A stretch of DNA of 39,322 bases from Bugula neritina (lineage: Eukaryota > Animalia > Bryozoa). The stretch is taken from the NCBI GenBank assembly GCA_964035545.1, contig CAXIUT010000131.1:1-39322 (forward strand), in the 5' to 3' direction. This document shows positions 1 through 12,938 of this stretch, piece after piece. A model generated the notes under the pieces. That model did not search any database and was not told where the DNA came from. It saw only the letters and a program-made list of their open reading frames with translations. A program made the position numbers and the translations under genes. Numbering within the stretch: the stretch's first letter is position 1; each line of letters begins with the position of its first letter.

Positions 1-75
1 CCCAACCCCAACCCCAACCCCAACCCCAACCCCAACCCCAACCCCAACCCCAACCCCAACCCCAACCCCAACCCC
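1..75. repeat. Terminal telomere (CCCCAA)n, left chromosome end
   Basis: Perfect C4A2 repeats from base 1 to 75, the Tetrahymena-type ciliate telomere repeat, in the orientation expected for a left end. Confidence 0.95.
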
Positions 76-512
76 TCAGTAATATTATTATCCTACAATT
101 TCAAAACACTTATAAATCTATATTAGCAAGAAGATAAAATATCTATACTTGTATCATTAAGCTTACTATCAGTGATAGAAATAACCTGTAAAAATCTATT
201 CTGATAACTCAAAGATTTAAACAGTCGATATTGATCTTTCTCTTGTATTATGTTCATTGCGAGTTATAACTTACTAACATTGGATAAATTGCATTTTGAA
301 AGAAGACATAAAATGTATGAAGAATATTATTCGTTGTTAATTTAGAAGTTTTTAACTATAAGTGTTTCTATATTATTTTTTTTATGAAGAATATTTGGTA
401 TCTTCATGATATTCTTCTTTATTTTAGTTATGTTGTTTTGAAATCCTTTTATATTAATAGTTAAACTCGAATCAGTTGTATTTATCATTGACTTCGATCG
501 ATTGTCTCTCAT
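76..512 (-). CDS. Leucine-rich-repeat protein, 3'-truncated by the telomere
   Basis: Open frame (TAR=Glu) from ATG at 512: ...IETLIVKNFEI...SKLELAMNII...ISVLKLEDNNITE, running into the telomere with no TGA; LxLxxNxI motifs. Confidence 0.65.
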
Positions 513-756
513 TTTTCGATATATTGATAAAAATCAAATCATTAATAAAGAAAGATCTTTATAGTTTTAGATCATGATAGTTACATAAATGTTGATTCCA
601 ATAATTTATTGGTAATCACTATCTCCATCTTTAAGTCTAAAATAGATCTTTGAACTTACTCTATTTCATTGAAAAACAAATCTATTTAAATTGACTATTT
701 TGAATTTAGTGACAATTAAAAACCAATCAATTGATAATCAAATATAAATGTAATAA

Positions 757-1257
757 ATGGAGTCAAAAGTGTAAATGAAAATTGACAAATAACATCAACG
801 CTATCCCTATTGTCTGGTCTGGACAGCCCTTCCATGTATCACCTGTTGCTTCCCCTGCATCGGACACACAGGCATCGGTAGATCAGATGGAACCATCTAT
901 GATTTTGTCGGACAAGGACCCATGCACAATGGATAACTTGCCTTTGGAAGTCCTCTCAAATATGCAGTTCTAGAACATGATGATTATACAGCAGAACAAT
1001 GGGATTAAGCCATCGTTCGTGCTAATAATAAATTTGAAAAAACTCATCACAATTTAATAACAAATAATTGTCACCATCACGTAGCTGATGTTCTTAACTA
1101 ACTTAATTATAAAGGAAAAAGCAACTGGGGTCAAGTTGATATCGCCTTCCTCGCATTCAAAGCTTCCCATACGAGGTATATTTCTTGTTAATATAGTTGG
1201 CTTTCTTTCTATATCTATGCTATCTTTTTGATGATTTTGATATACCTGATTGTATGA
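757..1257 (+). CDS. TMEM222: TMEM222/RTE1-like (DUF778) membrane protein, 166 aa
   Basis: RYPYCLVWTALP, IGHTGIG, IYDF, LAFG, WDEAI, HNLITNNCHHHVA motifs; hydrophobic C-terminus; ATG 757 to TGA 1255 in frame. Confidence 0.88.
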
Positions 1258-1308
1258 TTCATTCATTTGTTGTAAATCATTTGTTTTCAATTCAATAATA
1301 ATAACTAA

Positions 1309-1981
1309 ATGTAAAAAAAATCTTTCTAAGTATCAATAAAAGATAAATAGATTAGTGTGCTCTCTAATTTAGGATCTATTTTTTTCTAAAGAAACCTGTG
1401 TCTTTTACTTAAAAAATATAAAATAGTTTCTAAATCTGCAGGTACTATCGCTTTTTTCAGGATTGAGTAATTCATCGAAAAATAACAAAACTTTTATCGA
1501 TCCTCCTTTTTATATAGATCAATATTATACCTGTCTTCTCTTCTAAAATAAATAATTATGCAAAAAATTATCAATTAATTTGGTTTTTATCAATGATTAG
1601 CATCAAAAATAAATGTAGAAAAAAAGAAAATCTCATGAATATCTAATATTCAAACACTTTGCCAAAGATTACTATCTCATCGATGGACATAAATTTGGTG
1701 GACTATTTTTAGCTTACTAAAAAGATTATGATTAAAATCACGCCAAATATATCATTTTCAATGGATAATTTAATCTCAATCATATGACCAGATTAGCAGC
1801 TATTTGCAAAAAACAAGGACTCTATGTAAAAATCCTATAAGATAAAACTCTTTAAATAATATAGATTGAAAGAGAAGATGATAAAAAAAGATCAAGACCT
1901 TCTCAGTAAAATATATATAAAAATAACAAAGAATATTAAGATAAAATATAAGGTTCTAAAAAGCTAAAGAGATAATAATGA
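1309..1981 (+). CDS. TSEN34: tRNA-splicing endonuclease catalytic subunit (SEN34-like)
   Basis: YYLIDGHKFGGLFLAY...NHAKY...RLAAICKK carries the Y/H/K triad pattern; continuous ORF after removing a 19-nt GT-AG intron at 1442-1460. Confidence 0.75.
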
Positions 1982-2003
1982 TGAAATCAATGATATTTAA
2001 CTA

Positions 2004-4122
2004 TCAATTTTTCAAGAGTTCTCCAATAAATTTATCAAATCCAAAAGGTCCATCTAAATCCAATATTTTTAACTACTGCAACTGCTAAATCGGAATAACA
2101 TCCACATAATTAATTCCTTTTATTTCTTTGAATTCTTAAATAAATTTTCTCAAAGGAAGTAAACTTTATTATTTTTCAATCATATCATTTAATATTTATT
2201 TTCCATTGGCAGTTCTAAGTTGAGCCTGAAGCAAAGGATTTTTAATGAAGACATAATGCTGATCACATCTATCGATAAAAAGAGCAACAGTAGCTTTATT
2301 AATATTTTTTTATATCATATCAGTAACTTACCAACTATTTTAGTTGATGTTATAAACAATGGGCCAGATGATATTGATGAAGTTGTCAAGAGTTGATATT
2401 TTGGATCTAATTTGAGCATTAAGATCAAAATTGATATCATTAGAATAGACCTGATTCAAAAGAAAATGTTTCATCATCAAAAAAGTCATCACTATATATG
2501 GTTTAGATCGTTTAATTACATCATTATCTAACAGCTACTCATTTATCAAATTATCTCTTATCTTTATATTACTCCTCACGCATAAAATATGCTTCTTGCA
2601 ACGCTACTGCAACATCATCTGAAGATTCCTCACCTTTATCACTGTGTCCAGCTAAATTAATCATATCTTACATTGTAAATTATTCCACGGACATAAGCGA
2701 TATTGATATTAGAGTAATTTATAGCTGGAATTATCTTATCAATATCTGCTGTTACTTTATTCATATGAGTCTATATTGAAAAAAAAACGATCTCCCTTTA
2801 TTGTTGTATATAAAGTACTAAATTGAACAACAATAAAATCACTAATTATCCTTCCTTAGACAATAAATTCAAATATATAATTTCTAGAAAAGGGACAAGT
2901 GACTGTTTCTATTTGATCAATAACTTTAGTTTGTCTAAAACTGCCAAAAACACCAACCATTTTAAGTCCAGTAGAATATCTCACTCTCATCAAAGATTCA
3001 TAGCCAGTACATTAACTTAATACCTCTTAGACTATATTTCTAAAATCATGATAGAATACTAAAAGTTGGCTTGAAAAATAATGGCGCAACTATCCATTCA
3101 ACAACTTAGTTATACAATGAAAAGGCATATTATTCATGTATTTATTGTTAATAAAAAATGTAGAAATTGACATTTGAGTGTTCTGCAACATTCTCTATAT
3201 GTCAGCCTAGATACACTCTTTCTTGTTCACTAGAAAGTTGTGACGCTGATGCGGATTTATAAAAAATCCCTTCAAGTTGTTGTAAAATTGAGGTAATTCC
3301 TCCCTCATGCCAGAAACAAGAAACATCTTTCCTGAATACTATCTGCTTATTTTAAGCGACAGTTTTATTGCTTTCATAATAGCAGTTGATTGTCCTTGTC
3401 TTAGGTGATTATTTTTGATATTTTACTACAAATGCTATATTACTCTATCTAAGTTTTATCTGTGATTTTTAGCATTAGCAATAAGACTTTATTTTTAAGG
3501 CAAATACTACTCATCCTATTCTTCTGGATTGCTAGTTATAACCACTTTAAGATTTTTAGAATTAACAATAAAACGATGAATTCCTTAATCAAATCCAATA
3601 ATAGCAATATTGACATCCATTTCATTCTCATTGACAGTTTTGATAAATTCTTTTAGAATATGTAAGGTATACAAAAGATATGATTTAGCTTATTCTCCAT
3701 AGTCACATAAATCAACTATAAACACGAATAATCGCTCTTTGCTTGATAAAGATCTTTGACTAAATAATGAAATCAGTAGTACCTTTGTGGAGCTTTTAAT
3801 TTATAACTCAAATGGTTCAATTAAACCATAGATACATCAATCTCCTTCTACAAATAATTAGTACACCCACAAATAGAACAGTCATACTCATCTATATCAC
3901 AAATTACATACGATCAGATCGAATAAAACATAACTTGTTGATAAAGCTCTTACAAGCCTGGCAACGATATCGATTGATATCATCAGGACTAATACTTCCC
4001 TAAATTTGATCATGACTAAAGGGCCGGACAGACAAAACCAAAGGAATACTCAAATAATCTTTTAGCTAGGGATGACTAGGCCAATATTAAGAAGTGCTCT
4101 CCACGTGCTAATTTATCAACAT
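2004..4122 (-). CDS. Sec23/Sec24-family protein (zinc finger plus trunk domain)
   Basis: SIPLVLSVRPF; RCQACKSFINK...CSICG zinc finger completed by a 20-nt intron at 3892-3911; followed by LFVFIVDL trunk strand; about 700 aa. Confidence 0.8.
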
Positions 4123-4281
4123 ATTATAAAATATTCAAATTTTATTCAAATCTATCCCATCATCCAACCTAAAATATATATAGTTTATTAGTTTATAGCT
4201 ATTATTTATAATGATATTTGGGATCAACTAAAGACCAGCTATCTATATTATTTATTCCGCGTAAAGAATTATAATATTATT

Positions 4282-5799
4282 ATGCCCAGATCCTCCTTCA
4301 CACTCGCTCTTATCTGTATAGCAGCAAGCATAACAGGTATAAATTCTTATGTTTTGGAGGGACCTTGGATCCTGCGTACAAGTGAAATATCTCAACTACA
4401 AAATACAAGACCCATCCAATTCATATTCAAAAGATAAATAACAAAAAATAAATAAATATCAGATATTCTAACTATTATAGCATGCAAAATATTAAACTAC
4501 AACTATGAGGTAAAAGACGATTAAATATATTTATAATTTATATCTACTGGAAGATCACTAAGAACCTGCCAATAAAATTAGATCTCCTTCTTAAGAACTA
4601 AAATCGATAGCATCTTCTACTTCTACACTCTTAATTCCAACCTACTACTCCTACCCGCCAGCGGAATCGCTCCCATCAAACTAGATAGATTTATCCGCAA
4701 AGAACCTACTTTAATAAATGGAATTTGGATTATCACTGATGGCATTTTCATGCATAAAATTAAAAATAAAGTTGTTGTTATCAATAACAAACAAATTGGC
4801 ATGTGTGCAGGTAATTCTCTTTTTAATTATACCTTCAAGTCTAATACCTAGATCAATATCGCCAAATTAAAAGATAGTCAGTGCAATGGATTGATTACAA
4901 GTTTAATTAATGAAACTAAAGTTTATAGAATAGTTTAAAATTAAGAAAAAGTTATGAGTTTTTATGATTAAAATATCGATCTTATCATCTAAATGAAGTA
5001 TCATCAAGTGTTTTTTCCTTTTGATCCTCTTAAATTCGATCAAATATAATTTTAACCTGATAGTCAAGTTGATATATTTGAAGATAGCTTTACTGCTGAT
5101 AGCTTTGAAGATCCTTTTATAAATATATTTTAAGAAGAAGTTCAACAAAAAGAATAAAATACACCCAATAATACTCCTAAAAAGATTGATAAAGTGATTA
5201 TTTAGTAAAAAACTAAATAAGAACAACCAATAGCATCAAAATAACAAAAAAAAAATAATAAAAAACCTTCAAATATCAATTAAAAAGCTAATAAAAAGCA
5301 AAATACATCTAAATAAACAAATCAAAATCCTAAAATATAAAATACTAAATAATCTTAATCAAAAAATCAAAGTCCTTCACAAAAACCTTCTTAAAGACCA
5401 AATAAACTATAGAAAAAAGAAATAAAGACAAATTTAGCAACAGCAGCCAATCAAATCCATGGTCTTTGGTATCCTTATCAAACAGACTCAATACCTTCCC
5501 TTTCTAAACACGGTTCTAAGGCATTACTATCTTATCAGATAATAATAAACCGAGTTCGCATAATGATAAGAGGAGGATGTAACACTATATTTTCATCATA
5601 CAAATTTGAAAACAACTCCTTCACTAACCTCAACATAATATCAACAAAAAAATAATGTCCTAACAGTAAAGATCATATTTTATCATAAATACTTTTATCC
5701 AATAATAAATACTATATCAGCAAAGATAAAAAATATTTATAAATAAAAACAAAAAATGGATAACTACTTCTACAACTAACCAAAACCGCACCTAAATGA
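4282..5799 (+). CDS. Secreted protein with three META/HslJ-like repeats and a low-complexity linker, 505 aa
   Basis: ATG 4282 and TGA 5797 in frame; N-terminal signal peptide; repeats open with LEGPW, INGIW and IHGLW; last repeat IRGGCNTIFSSYKF...STKKECP. Confidence 0.6.
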
Positions 5800-5837
5800 T
5801 CTACATATTCTTAAATATATAACTCATAACCAAATTA

Positions 5838-6896
5838 TCAAAATCTAAATCTACCCTTCTTCTTCTATTTACGATCAGTTTGATTAATTGTACTCTTCTA
5901 TCGCTTCTCAAATAATTTGAATTGACTACCTCGAGTAAAAGAGCCCGTCTCCTTTCGATTTCGTACTCTTTTTTATTGACTAACTGATCTATCGAACAAC
6001 CTTCTAGTTACTGAATTCGATCTATTTGATTTCTTTTATTCATATTAGATATTTTTACTTTTAATGGCTATCAATTCCTGCTTAACATTGTCAATCAAAG
6101 ACTAAGTATGATAGACAGCTTAGTTATTTATCTTTTATTCTGGTATATCTGATAAAATATGAATACATTTTTGGATTGATTGTTTTAATTGGGATTTGTT
6201 AGTTTATTTATATGGTAAATTTGGTTATGTGTGAACTTTTTACTTTTTAGGTTTATTCCATTTTTTAATAGGAGTTGATTCCAGATTAATATTATGGTGA
6301 TCTTGTAGTGTAAAATGAAATTATTTTATACTATTTTACATAGTCTAATTAACTTTTCCATCAATCATATCGATGTTATTTATATTAATATTCTACAAAC
6401 TTTAAAGAAAGTTGATTTCTTTGACTTTTTCACAACCAAAATTTATTTATATCGATTATGAATGCCATCCCTTCATATCATTCTCATCCTTTTTCATCTA
6501 TTAAAACAACAACTATTCATTTTTAGATTTATTGTTCAACTCTTTACCTCCAAAGGATTAAAATTGTGAAGGATTAACTTATATTTTAGACCTTTTTGTT
6601 TCCTGTCCTCGAGATGATATAGTAAAAATATGAGAATTAGTATAATTATCATCAATAATAGAACTATTATCTTTCTTCCTAAACAATTGCTTCACTTTCT
6701 GAAAAGCATCACAAGCTAACTACCCACTCTATTTATCCCCTGATTTAAGTATATCCTCATTACTAGCTGATCTGTTACTAACTAGAGGAATATAACAGTT
6801 CAGATCAGAGGTGTGAGGTTGTTGTAGTTTATAGTTTAGTTGTAGTAGATCTAGATTGAGATATTGGATTTGGTTGTTGGTACTATGCCGATACAT
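5838..6896 (-). CDS. Hypothetical low-complexity protein
   Basis: ATG 6896 and TGA 5838 in frame, coding-like composition; no recognisable domain; not checked codon by codon. Confidence 0.5.
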
Positions 6897-6912
6897 TCGT
6901 TAGATTATAATT

Positions 6913-7703
6913 ATGTCAATTATAAATTCTATGATAAAATAATCCTTCCTTAGAAACTATAACCTTTCATAGATATTCAAGCAAACATAAAAATAAAAGA
7001 AAAAACTATAAATATTCTGCACCAGATAACGTACTCTTATTTAAATACAGTTAATAAAATAAATAGAGATCGACAGATCCATAACAAAATCTTAATAATC
7101 TAAAATATAAAAAACATCAATAGAATCAATAAAAAATAACTATAAAAATCATTACTAAAAAATGCATCTTTAGCACAATAAGCAGATTAATCAAAAATAG
7201 ATAAAATAAAAAATAGAAGAAAATGCACAGAATATCCATAAAATCAACAAAAAACAAATCTATTTATTTCTAACCTTAAATTTAACTATAAATAAAATAA
7301 AAATCAAACTTTCAGATTAAAAAAAATAAATAATCATCTCAATAAAATTCTTAATAAAAAAATGTATACTACTTTTGCTGTTAAAACACAAAATATATCA
7401 AATCATATACATAAATACTAATATGATAAAAATCAAGTATCTACTGATAAAGTAGAGCATGGAGGTTCTTTTTATCAATCATTTTAAGATGAAAAAACAA
7501 TGGATAATAAATATCAACATCAACTACCATTGAAAAAAATAAATAAAAATCTCAACAACTCCCTCACTCATTTCCATAAAAAATCATTTCTAACTCCTAC
7601 TCAAAGCATCGATGCCTGGTAATAAAAAACTAATAAAAAAGAGAACGATTTTATGCAATTAAGTCCTAAAAGTATATAATTAAAAAATACTCTAACAAGA
7701 TGA
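6913..7703 (+). CDS. Hypothetical K/N/E-rich protein
   Basis: ATG at 6913 or 6931, 20-nt GT-AG intron at 7031-7050, TGA 7701. Confidence 0.5.
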
Positions 7704-7721
7704 AGATAATTTATAGATTGA

Positions 7722-8027
7722 TCATATCTACTCATTCAATTTTAATAATTTTAATACCTGCATCACCAAATTCATAAAATTTTATCTAAAATAAACCCAT
7801 TTTTACTTATTAAGATACCCCTTGTTCTATATATCAAGAGTCTTCATTATCTATTTGACTTCCTCCTTTGTTGGCTTCTCAATCCCCATCTACTATGCAG
7901 TCAAAGTAAGAATATCTTCAAGCTAGTTTCTCTCTATTTGACCATTATTATTCGCATCAATCATACTAAATGAAGTCTCATTTATCTTCTATAACTTCTA
8001 CTTATCTTTCATCAACTAGTCCCACAT
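7722..8027 (-). CDS. Small two-EF-hand calcium-binding protein
   Basis: Loop 1 DANNNGQIERNE (position-12 Glu encoded by TAG); loop 2 DIENKGYLNKEN-F after removing a 21-nt intron at 7786-7806. Confidence 0.85.
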
Positions 8028-8089
8028 AAGATAACTTCAATAAAAATAAAATAAGCTATTTAACTTTTATTTATCATTAATTATAGGAA

Positions 8090-9465
8090 TCATTCTTGAG
8101 GATTTGATTGAATTACATTTATTGTTTCAATCGGATTTGGTTGTGCCTAGTTCATCATTTCAGCAGGAGGCTCATTATTCTATTACTACTAGACATGGTC
8201 ATCAGAACTATCACTTTGACTCTTATTGATAAGATCCTAAAAATCATTGTTTAAGTCAATAGTTTTTTTAATTCCAACTTTCAACTCAAGTACATCTCCT
8301 CCCAACTGAATACCAACTCCGCTTAGCTCTTGCTTCAGCTGAAATTACTTTCTTAACATAACCAAAGTACCAAATTTACTATCATTATCAGAAACAATGA
8401 ACTTCCCTTGTTTATCTTTTCCCATTTAAAATTTTATTTTAGTATGATGTCGACTGACAGTAGAATCATCTGATAAAATGATATCAGAATCATTTTTACG
8501 ACCAATTATCATCTATTTAGTCTCAGAAAAAGATACTAATAAATATATTTTTGTCTTTCCTGGCTATTTTTACTTATAAATTGGATTCAATACGATATAT
8601 GGTCTACGTGGTTTAGGTATATTCACAGTAAAATACCGCTTGCCGTCAAGATAAACCTTAAAAGGCAATGTTTTGCCACACAATTAGCAAAGTAAAGGTT
8701 TCCAAGTTATTGCAGTAGCTCGACCTATGTTTCTAGGATTTATTGTTTTTGTCAGCCATATTTGAACACATCTCAAATGGACATACTTAGATGAACCTGC
8801 ACAATCACAGGGAGCCATCAAAGGATTTCCTACCTCAGAATTATCCAAACAAAATCGACAAACATAGTTTGAAACTTCACTTTAAGGAAGTTCCAGAGGC
8901 TTGCCTTCTTTAGTAAGATCATCATAAACTAATCCTTTTGCAGTTATCTACTAATCTTCTTATTTAATCTATTAATCATTTTAAATAATCTATTTAACTC
9001 TCAATTTTTGTTTACCTATTCGTAACATATCACCCTATTTCACTACATAACGCTTTGAAGGTAACGACTTCACGATAATCCAAGGTTGTTGCTGTTTATT
9101 TTTGTCACACTTGCTTACTATCGTATATAGTTTCTATTCTTAACTGGTTCCTTTCTGTTTTTAAGTTGTAGTTATGACATCGAACATAGCCTATGCTCCT
9201 TTCATGACTTATTTATTTTTTTACCTCTACTAGTAAGGAGTCATTTCGTATTTTCCATTTATTTTAAATATCCTTGATTGATTTTAAACAGATAGCATCC
9301 TTGCATTGATCTGATTGGATTGAGCATTATAATCATAGAGATTGGAATATGTCTTTTTCCAACTTTTGCATAAGATCTGTCTGCATATAAGAATAACTAC
9401 ACTCCCTAGAATGAAGATGGATGGACCACCATATTCTCATTATCTAAACTAGAACAACTTCCCAT
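8090..9465 (-). CDS. RINGv (C4HC3) plus FHA domain protein, putative E3 ligase
   Basis: MGSCSS acylation motif; 20-nt intron at 9381-9400; CRFCLD...APCDCAGSSKYVHLRCVQIW...CELC; FHA motifs IGR...VSRHH...DNDSKFGT. Confidence 0.88.
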
Positions 9466-9631
9466 AACTGTTATATATTATAAACCTCAAAAGAAGAAGA
9501 AGAAATCAACTAAAAAAATAAAACTTTATTTTATAAACTTCTGCATCACTCGATAAATATGTATTTCTATAATTAAATCGATTGATATACTCTTCTCATA
9601 TCATAATAATCAAATTGCCATTTTAGAATCA

Positions 9632-10819
9632 ATGATCAAGTAACCAGACTCAATCATCTATGACCTCTTGATTCAAAACTTCCAAAAAATAACCAAGTCT
9701 AGCTAGTTCCCAATCATGTTTGATAATTCTATTGAACTCTACGTCATGGAAAAATAAGACAAAAATCTTTGCTATCTGACAGATGGAAAACATAGCATTC
9801 TTGCCAAAGCAGCAAAACTCAAAGAAGAAGAAGATTCAAAACTGGTTCCTTTTGAAATATATCGTCCTAATTGCAAAAGTCGTAACTATGTCTTCAATGA
9901 AAAAACCTATCTCTATCTCAACTTTACAACTGAACACAAACAATCTGACCCAAAGTACCTCCATCCCTCTACTCCTTACTACTACTTAGACGACAAATAT
10001 GATTAATTCGAAAAATAAAGAGTCAAATTTACAATAAAAAGCCCTTGCTAAAGTATTATTCTCAAAAAATGGTAGTTAGCTTTGGTAAATATCAATAAAA
10101 CTGGCTATTATGGTCCTGCTATCTACATTCACTAGTTCAGAAAGACCAGCCGCCCAGCACCTAACTATCTATCTATCAATTGTATACTTTATGAACCTTT
10201 TATTCAAGAAAAACTTTAAGAATATCGACTAAATGACATCAAAGATCACTATAAAAATAACAGACCTTCAAAATACAATAAAAGTATGTTTTTTTATGCC
10301 AGAAAGATGAGTTTGACTTCAGGTAAAGTATAAATATCAACTAATGTCGCTATTGATAAATATCAACAAATTCTTAAGTACAATCCTGAAGAACCATATA
10401 CCTTTGTCCTATGTAGTGAACTGTTTGAGGGATATTGTCCAATAACCAATCCTTTTAAAACACCTGTAGATAAAAAATTGGCATAAAAAATATCATATAA
10501 CAAAATATGTAACCTCATGAACTTAATGAAAGTCTCAGAATAAAAAGAAAAAACTATTGAGGAAATCAGAGCCTAACAATAAAATATAAAACAACAAAAA
10601 ATATAAAAATAGAAATAGAAATAAAGATAAAGACAAAGAAAAGCCAACTAAGGATAACTATGGTCGGATAACAGTTAAAAGTAAGAAGAAGAACTAATCA
10701 TATAAGATCAATATGGAAGAATGGAGATAGAATTTGAGCCATAAGAAGAAGACGAAGAAGACTACTTGACATCTCTATACAACAATATGTACCTCTCTTA
10801 GCGAAACAAATAAAAATGA
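9632..10819 (+). CDS. Hypothetical protein with possible N-terminal OB fold and acidic C-terminus
   Basis: ATG 9632 and TGA 10817 in frame (395 codons); contains LCYLTDGKHSILAK. Confidence 0.6.
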
Positions 10820-10882
10820 TTCTATTATGACATATTCCAATTATATGACCAATATTAATAATTATACTTTGCTTTGTTGAAC

Positions 10883-11957
10883 ATGGAACCCGCCAACACC
10901 AACCCTCTCTTCACAACTGAACATAGACCTCTATGCTACTCTAAATTCCAAGATCTCATCGCTGTCGCAGAAGAACCCAAAAACATCTTCATGCTTGATC
11001 TTCACTAAATAAAAAAATATATGTCTGTTCCAACAACTTTCCATGATAGAACATTGAGTCTAACAGTTAAAAACAACTTACTTGTTCGAGGAGGACATCT
11101 AGGAAATATTACTTTATGGGATATAAGACAAATTAATAAAGGAACTCCATTGCATACCTTCAACAGTAGCAGTTTTTATATTTAGAACAAGGAACTAAAA
11201 TAAACACAATTGATATCAGCTAACATATCTTAGCAGCTGGAGTAGCAAAAAGAATAGTTTTCTGGGATTTAAGAAAAATGAAACAAAGATGTTAGTTCAC
11301 ATAAAGTTTTAATGACTAAGTTACTGCCCTTCAGTTTAGCCATGAACAATCAACAGTCTTTCATGCTTGTTCAATAGATGGTTTGATAACTAAATTTGAT
11401 TTGAAATAACCAAACTAGTAAGACGCATTTGCTTGGGGTCATCAGATAGTTGGAAGTCCCTGTAAGTTATAACATAGTCATGGCACAACTTTAATCGAGA
11501 CACAGAATCAAATGTTGATGACTTTATAAGAATAGAGTCTTTAGAAGAGGTTTTAAGTCAACAGTATTGATAATCCTACTCATATCTTGAATTCTTACAT
11601 CGGAAAAGATAAAAATATTCACTACTACACAAAAACTATGAAGAATAATAAAGTAGAATATTGGATCAATAACTATAATATAGGATATCTACCCACTCAC
11701 ATGGATGTCTAGATGCTAATCCCTATTGAATAAGAAAAAGTTATTTTAGTGATAATCAGGGAAACTGGAACTATTCAGAAATAATTAGAGGAATAACAGC
11801 TAATAGTATAAAATAGAACTAAGACTTTATGACTCTAGAAGAGTTATAAAGAAAGTTAGAAAATAAATAAAAATAGAAGACATGCAATACCAATGGATTT
11901 ATCATCAATAAGCCAACAACTTTGAAAAGTTTAGGAAAGAAATTTAAACCCTATTGA
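10883..11957 (+). CDS. WDR89: WD40 repeat protein, WDR89-like
   Basis: ITLWDIR, IVFWDLR, ESFNDEVTALQF...ACSIDGLITKFDL...EEDA, C-terminal KFKPY; 20-nt intron at 11166-11185. Confidence 0.7.
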
Positions 11958-12065
11958 TTTATCTTATCTATATTCAAAAATTACAGTTATATGCTATCAG
12001 TTAACTAATATATGAATTGATATAAAATATCATTAAAACAGCAATTACTTCAGTAAACAATATCA

Positions 12066-12804
12066 ATGACCAGGGGTTGGGGTTGGGGTTGGGGTTGGGG
12101 TTGGGGTTGGGGTTGGGGTTGGGGTTGGGGTTGGGGTTGGGGTTGGGGTTGGGGTTGGGGTTGGATTGTATCAGGATAGTTAAATAAAACTAGAGGAGGA
12201 AGGTATTTTCATTGATATTCAGCTTTACCAAAGCAGTCAGATCGATTACATAAGGCAACTCTATCTCTCACTCTAATTAAAAATAAAAAAAATCATTGCT
12301 AAAACCAGGACCAGCTTCATATTCAGTTTAATTACGAAGGCATCAAAAAATAGTCACATTTCCTCATGATAAACGGTTCTCAACGGATAGCAACTTTTAT
12401 CCTGGTCCTGGAAGCTACAAACTTTAAGAAAGTTCAAAATAGAAGATAAAAGCAGGGACAATTTGCAAGTCACCTCGTAAAACAGTTGAAAAACCTAAAG
12501 AAGGACCTGCTCCCACAGACTATTCTATTCCTTAAATAATGTTATATAAAAAAAAGTAACCAATGATTCTGTAATTATCTTAGAATATAGAATCGGAAAA
12601 GCAAAAAGAATTTTAGACAACAAATACTAACCTTATTTGAATAGATACAATTGTTCGAAGGATAAATCAGAAAGAAAAGAATCTTACCAGACAAACCCTT
12701 ATTCTTAAAGAAAAGTAATTAAAGTAGATAGAACTTGGCACAGTAAAAAAATTGATTCACAAGCTAGACTTGTCCAAAAGGATAATATCAATTTCGATAA
12801 TTGA
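12066..12804 (+). CDS. SHIPPO/ODF3-like PGP-repeat ciliary protein; N-terminus occupied by the telomeric tract
   Basis: KPGPASY, YPGPGSY, EGPAPTDY, GSFTKAVR and IGKAKR motifs; two 20-nt introns (12203-12222, 12571-12590); ATG 12066 is in frame across the tract. Confidence 0.75.
12073..12164 (+). repeat. Internal telomeric tract (GGGGTT)n, 92 nt
   Basis: Perfect G4T2 repeats flanked by unique sequence. Confidence 0.95.
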
Positions 12805-12938
12805 TTATTCATCTAGTTTCATAGTGTTAATTACCTACGTTTCTTTGTTTTTATTATCACTAACTATCTTTTTTAATGTCTAATAGTTTATATTGGTATG
12901 ATGTAATTGTCTTCTGTTGATAATAAGATAAAATAAAA

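Noticed and set aside
1176-1196. 21-nt GT-AG candidate intron in the TMEM222-like gene
   Set aside because: It is in frame and stopless, and the unspliced reading RYIS matches the family KYVS motif, so it is probably exonic.
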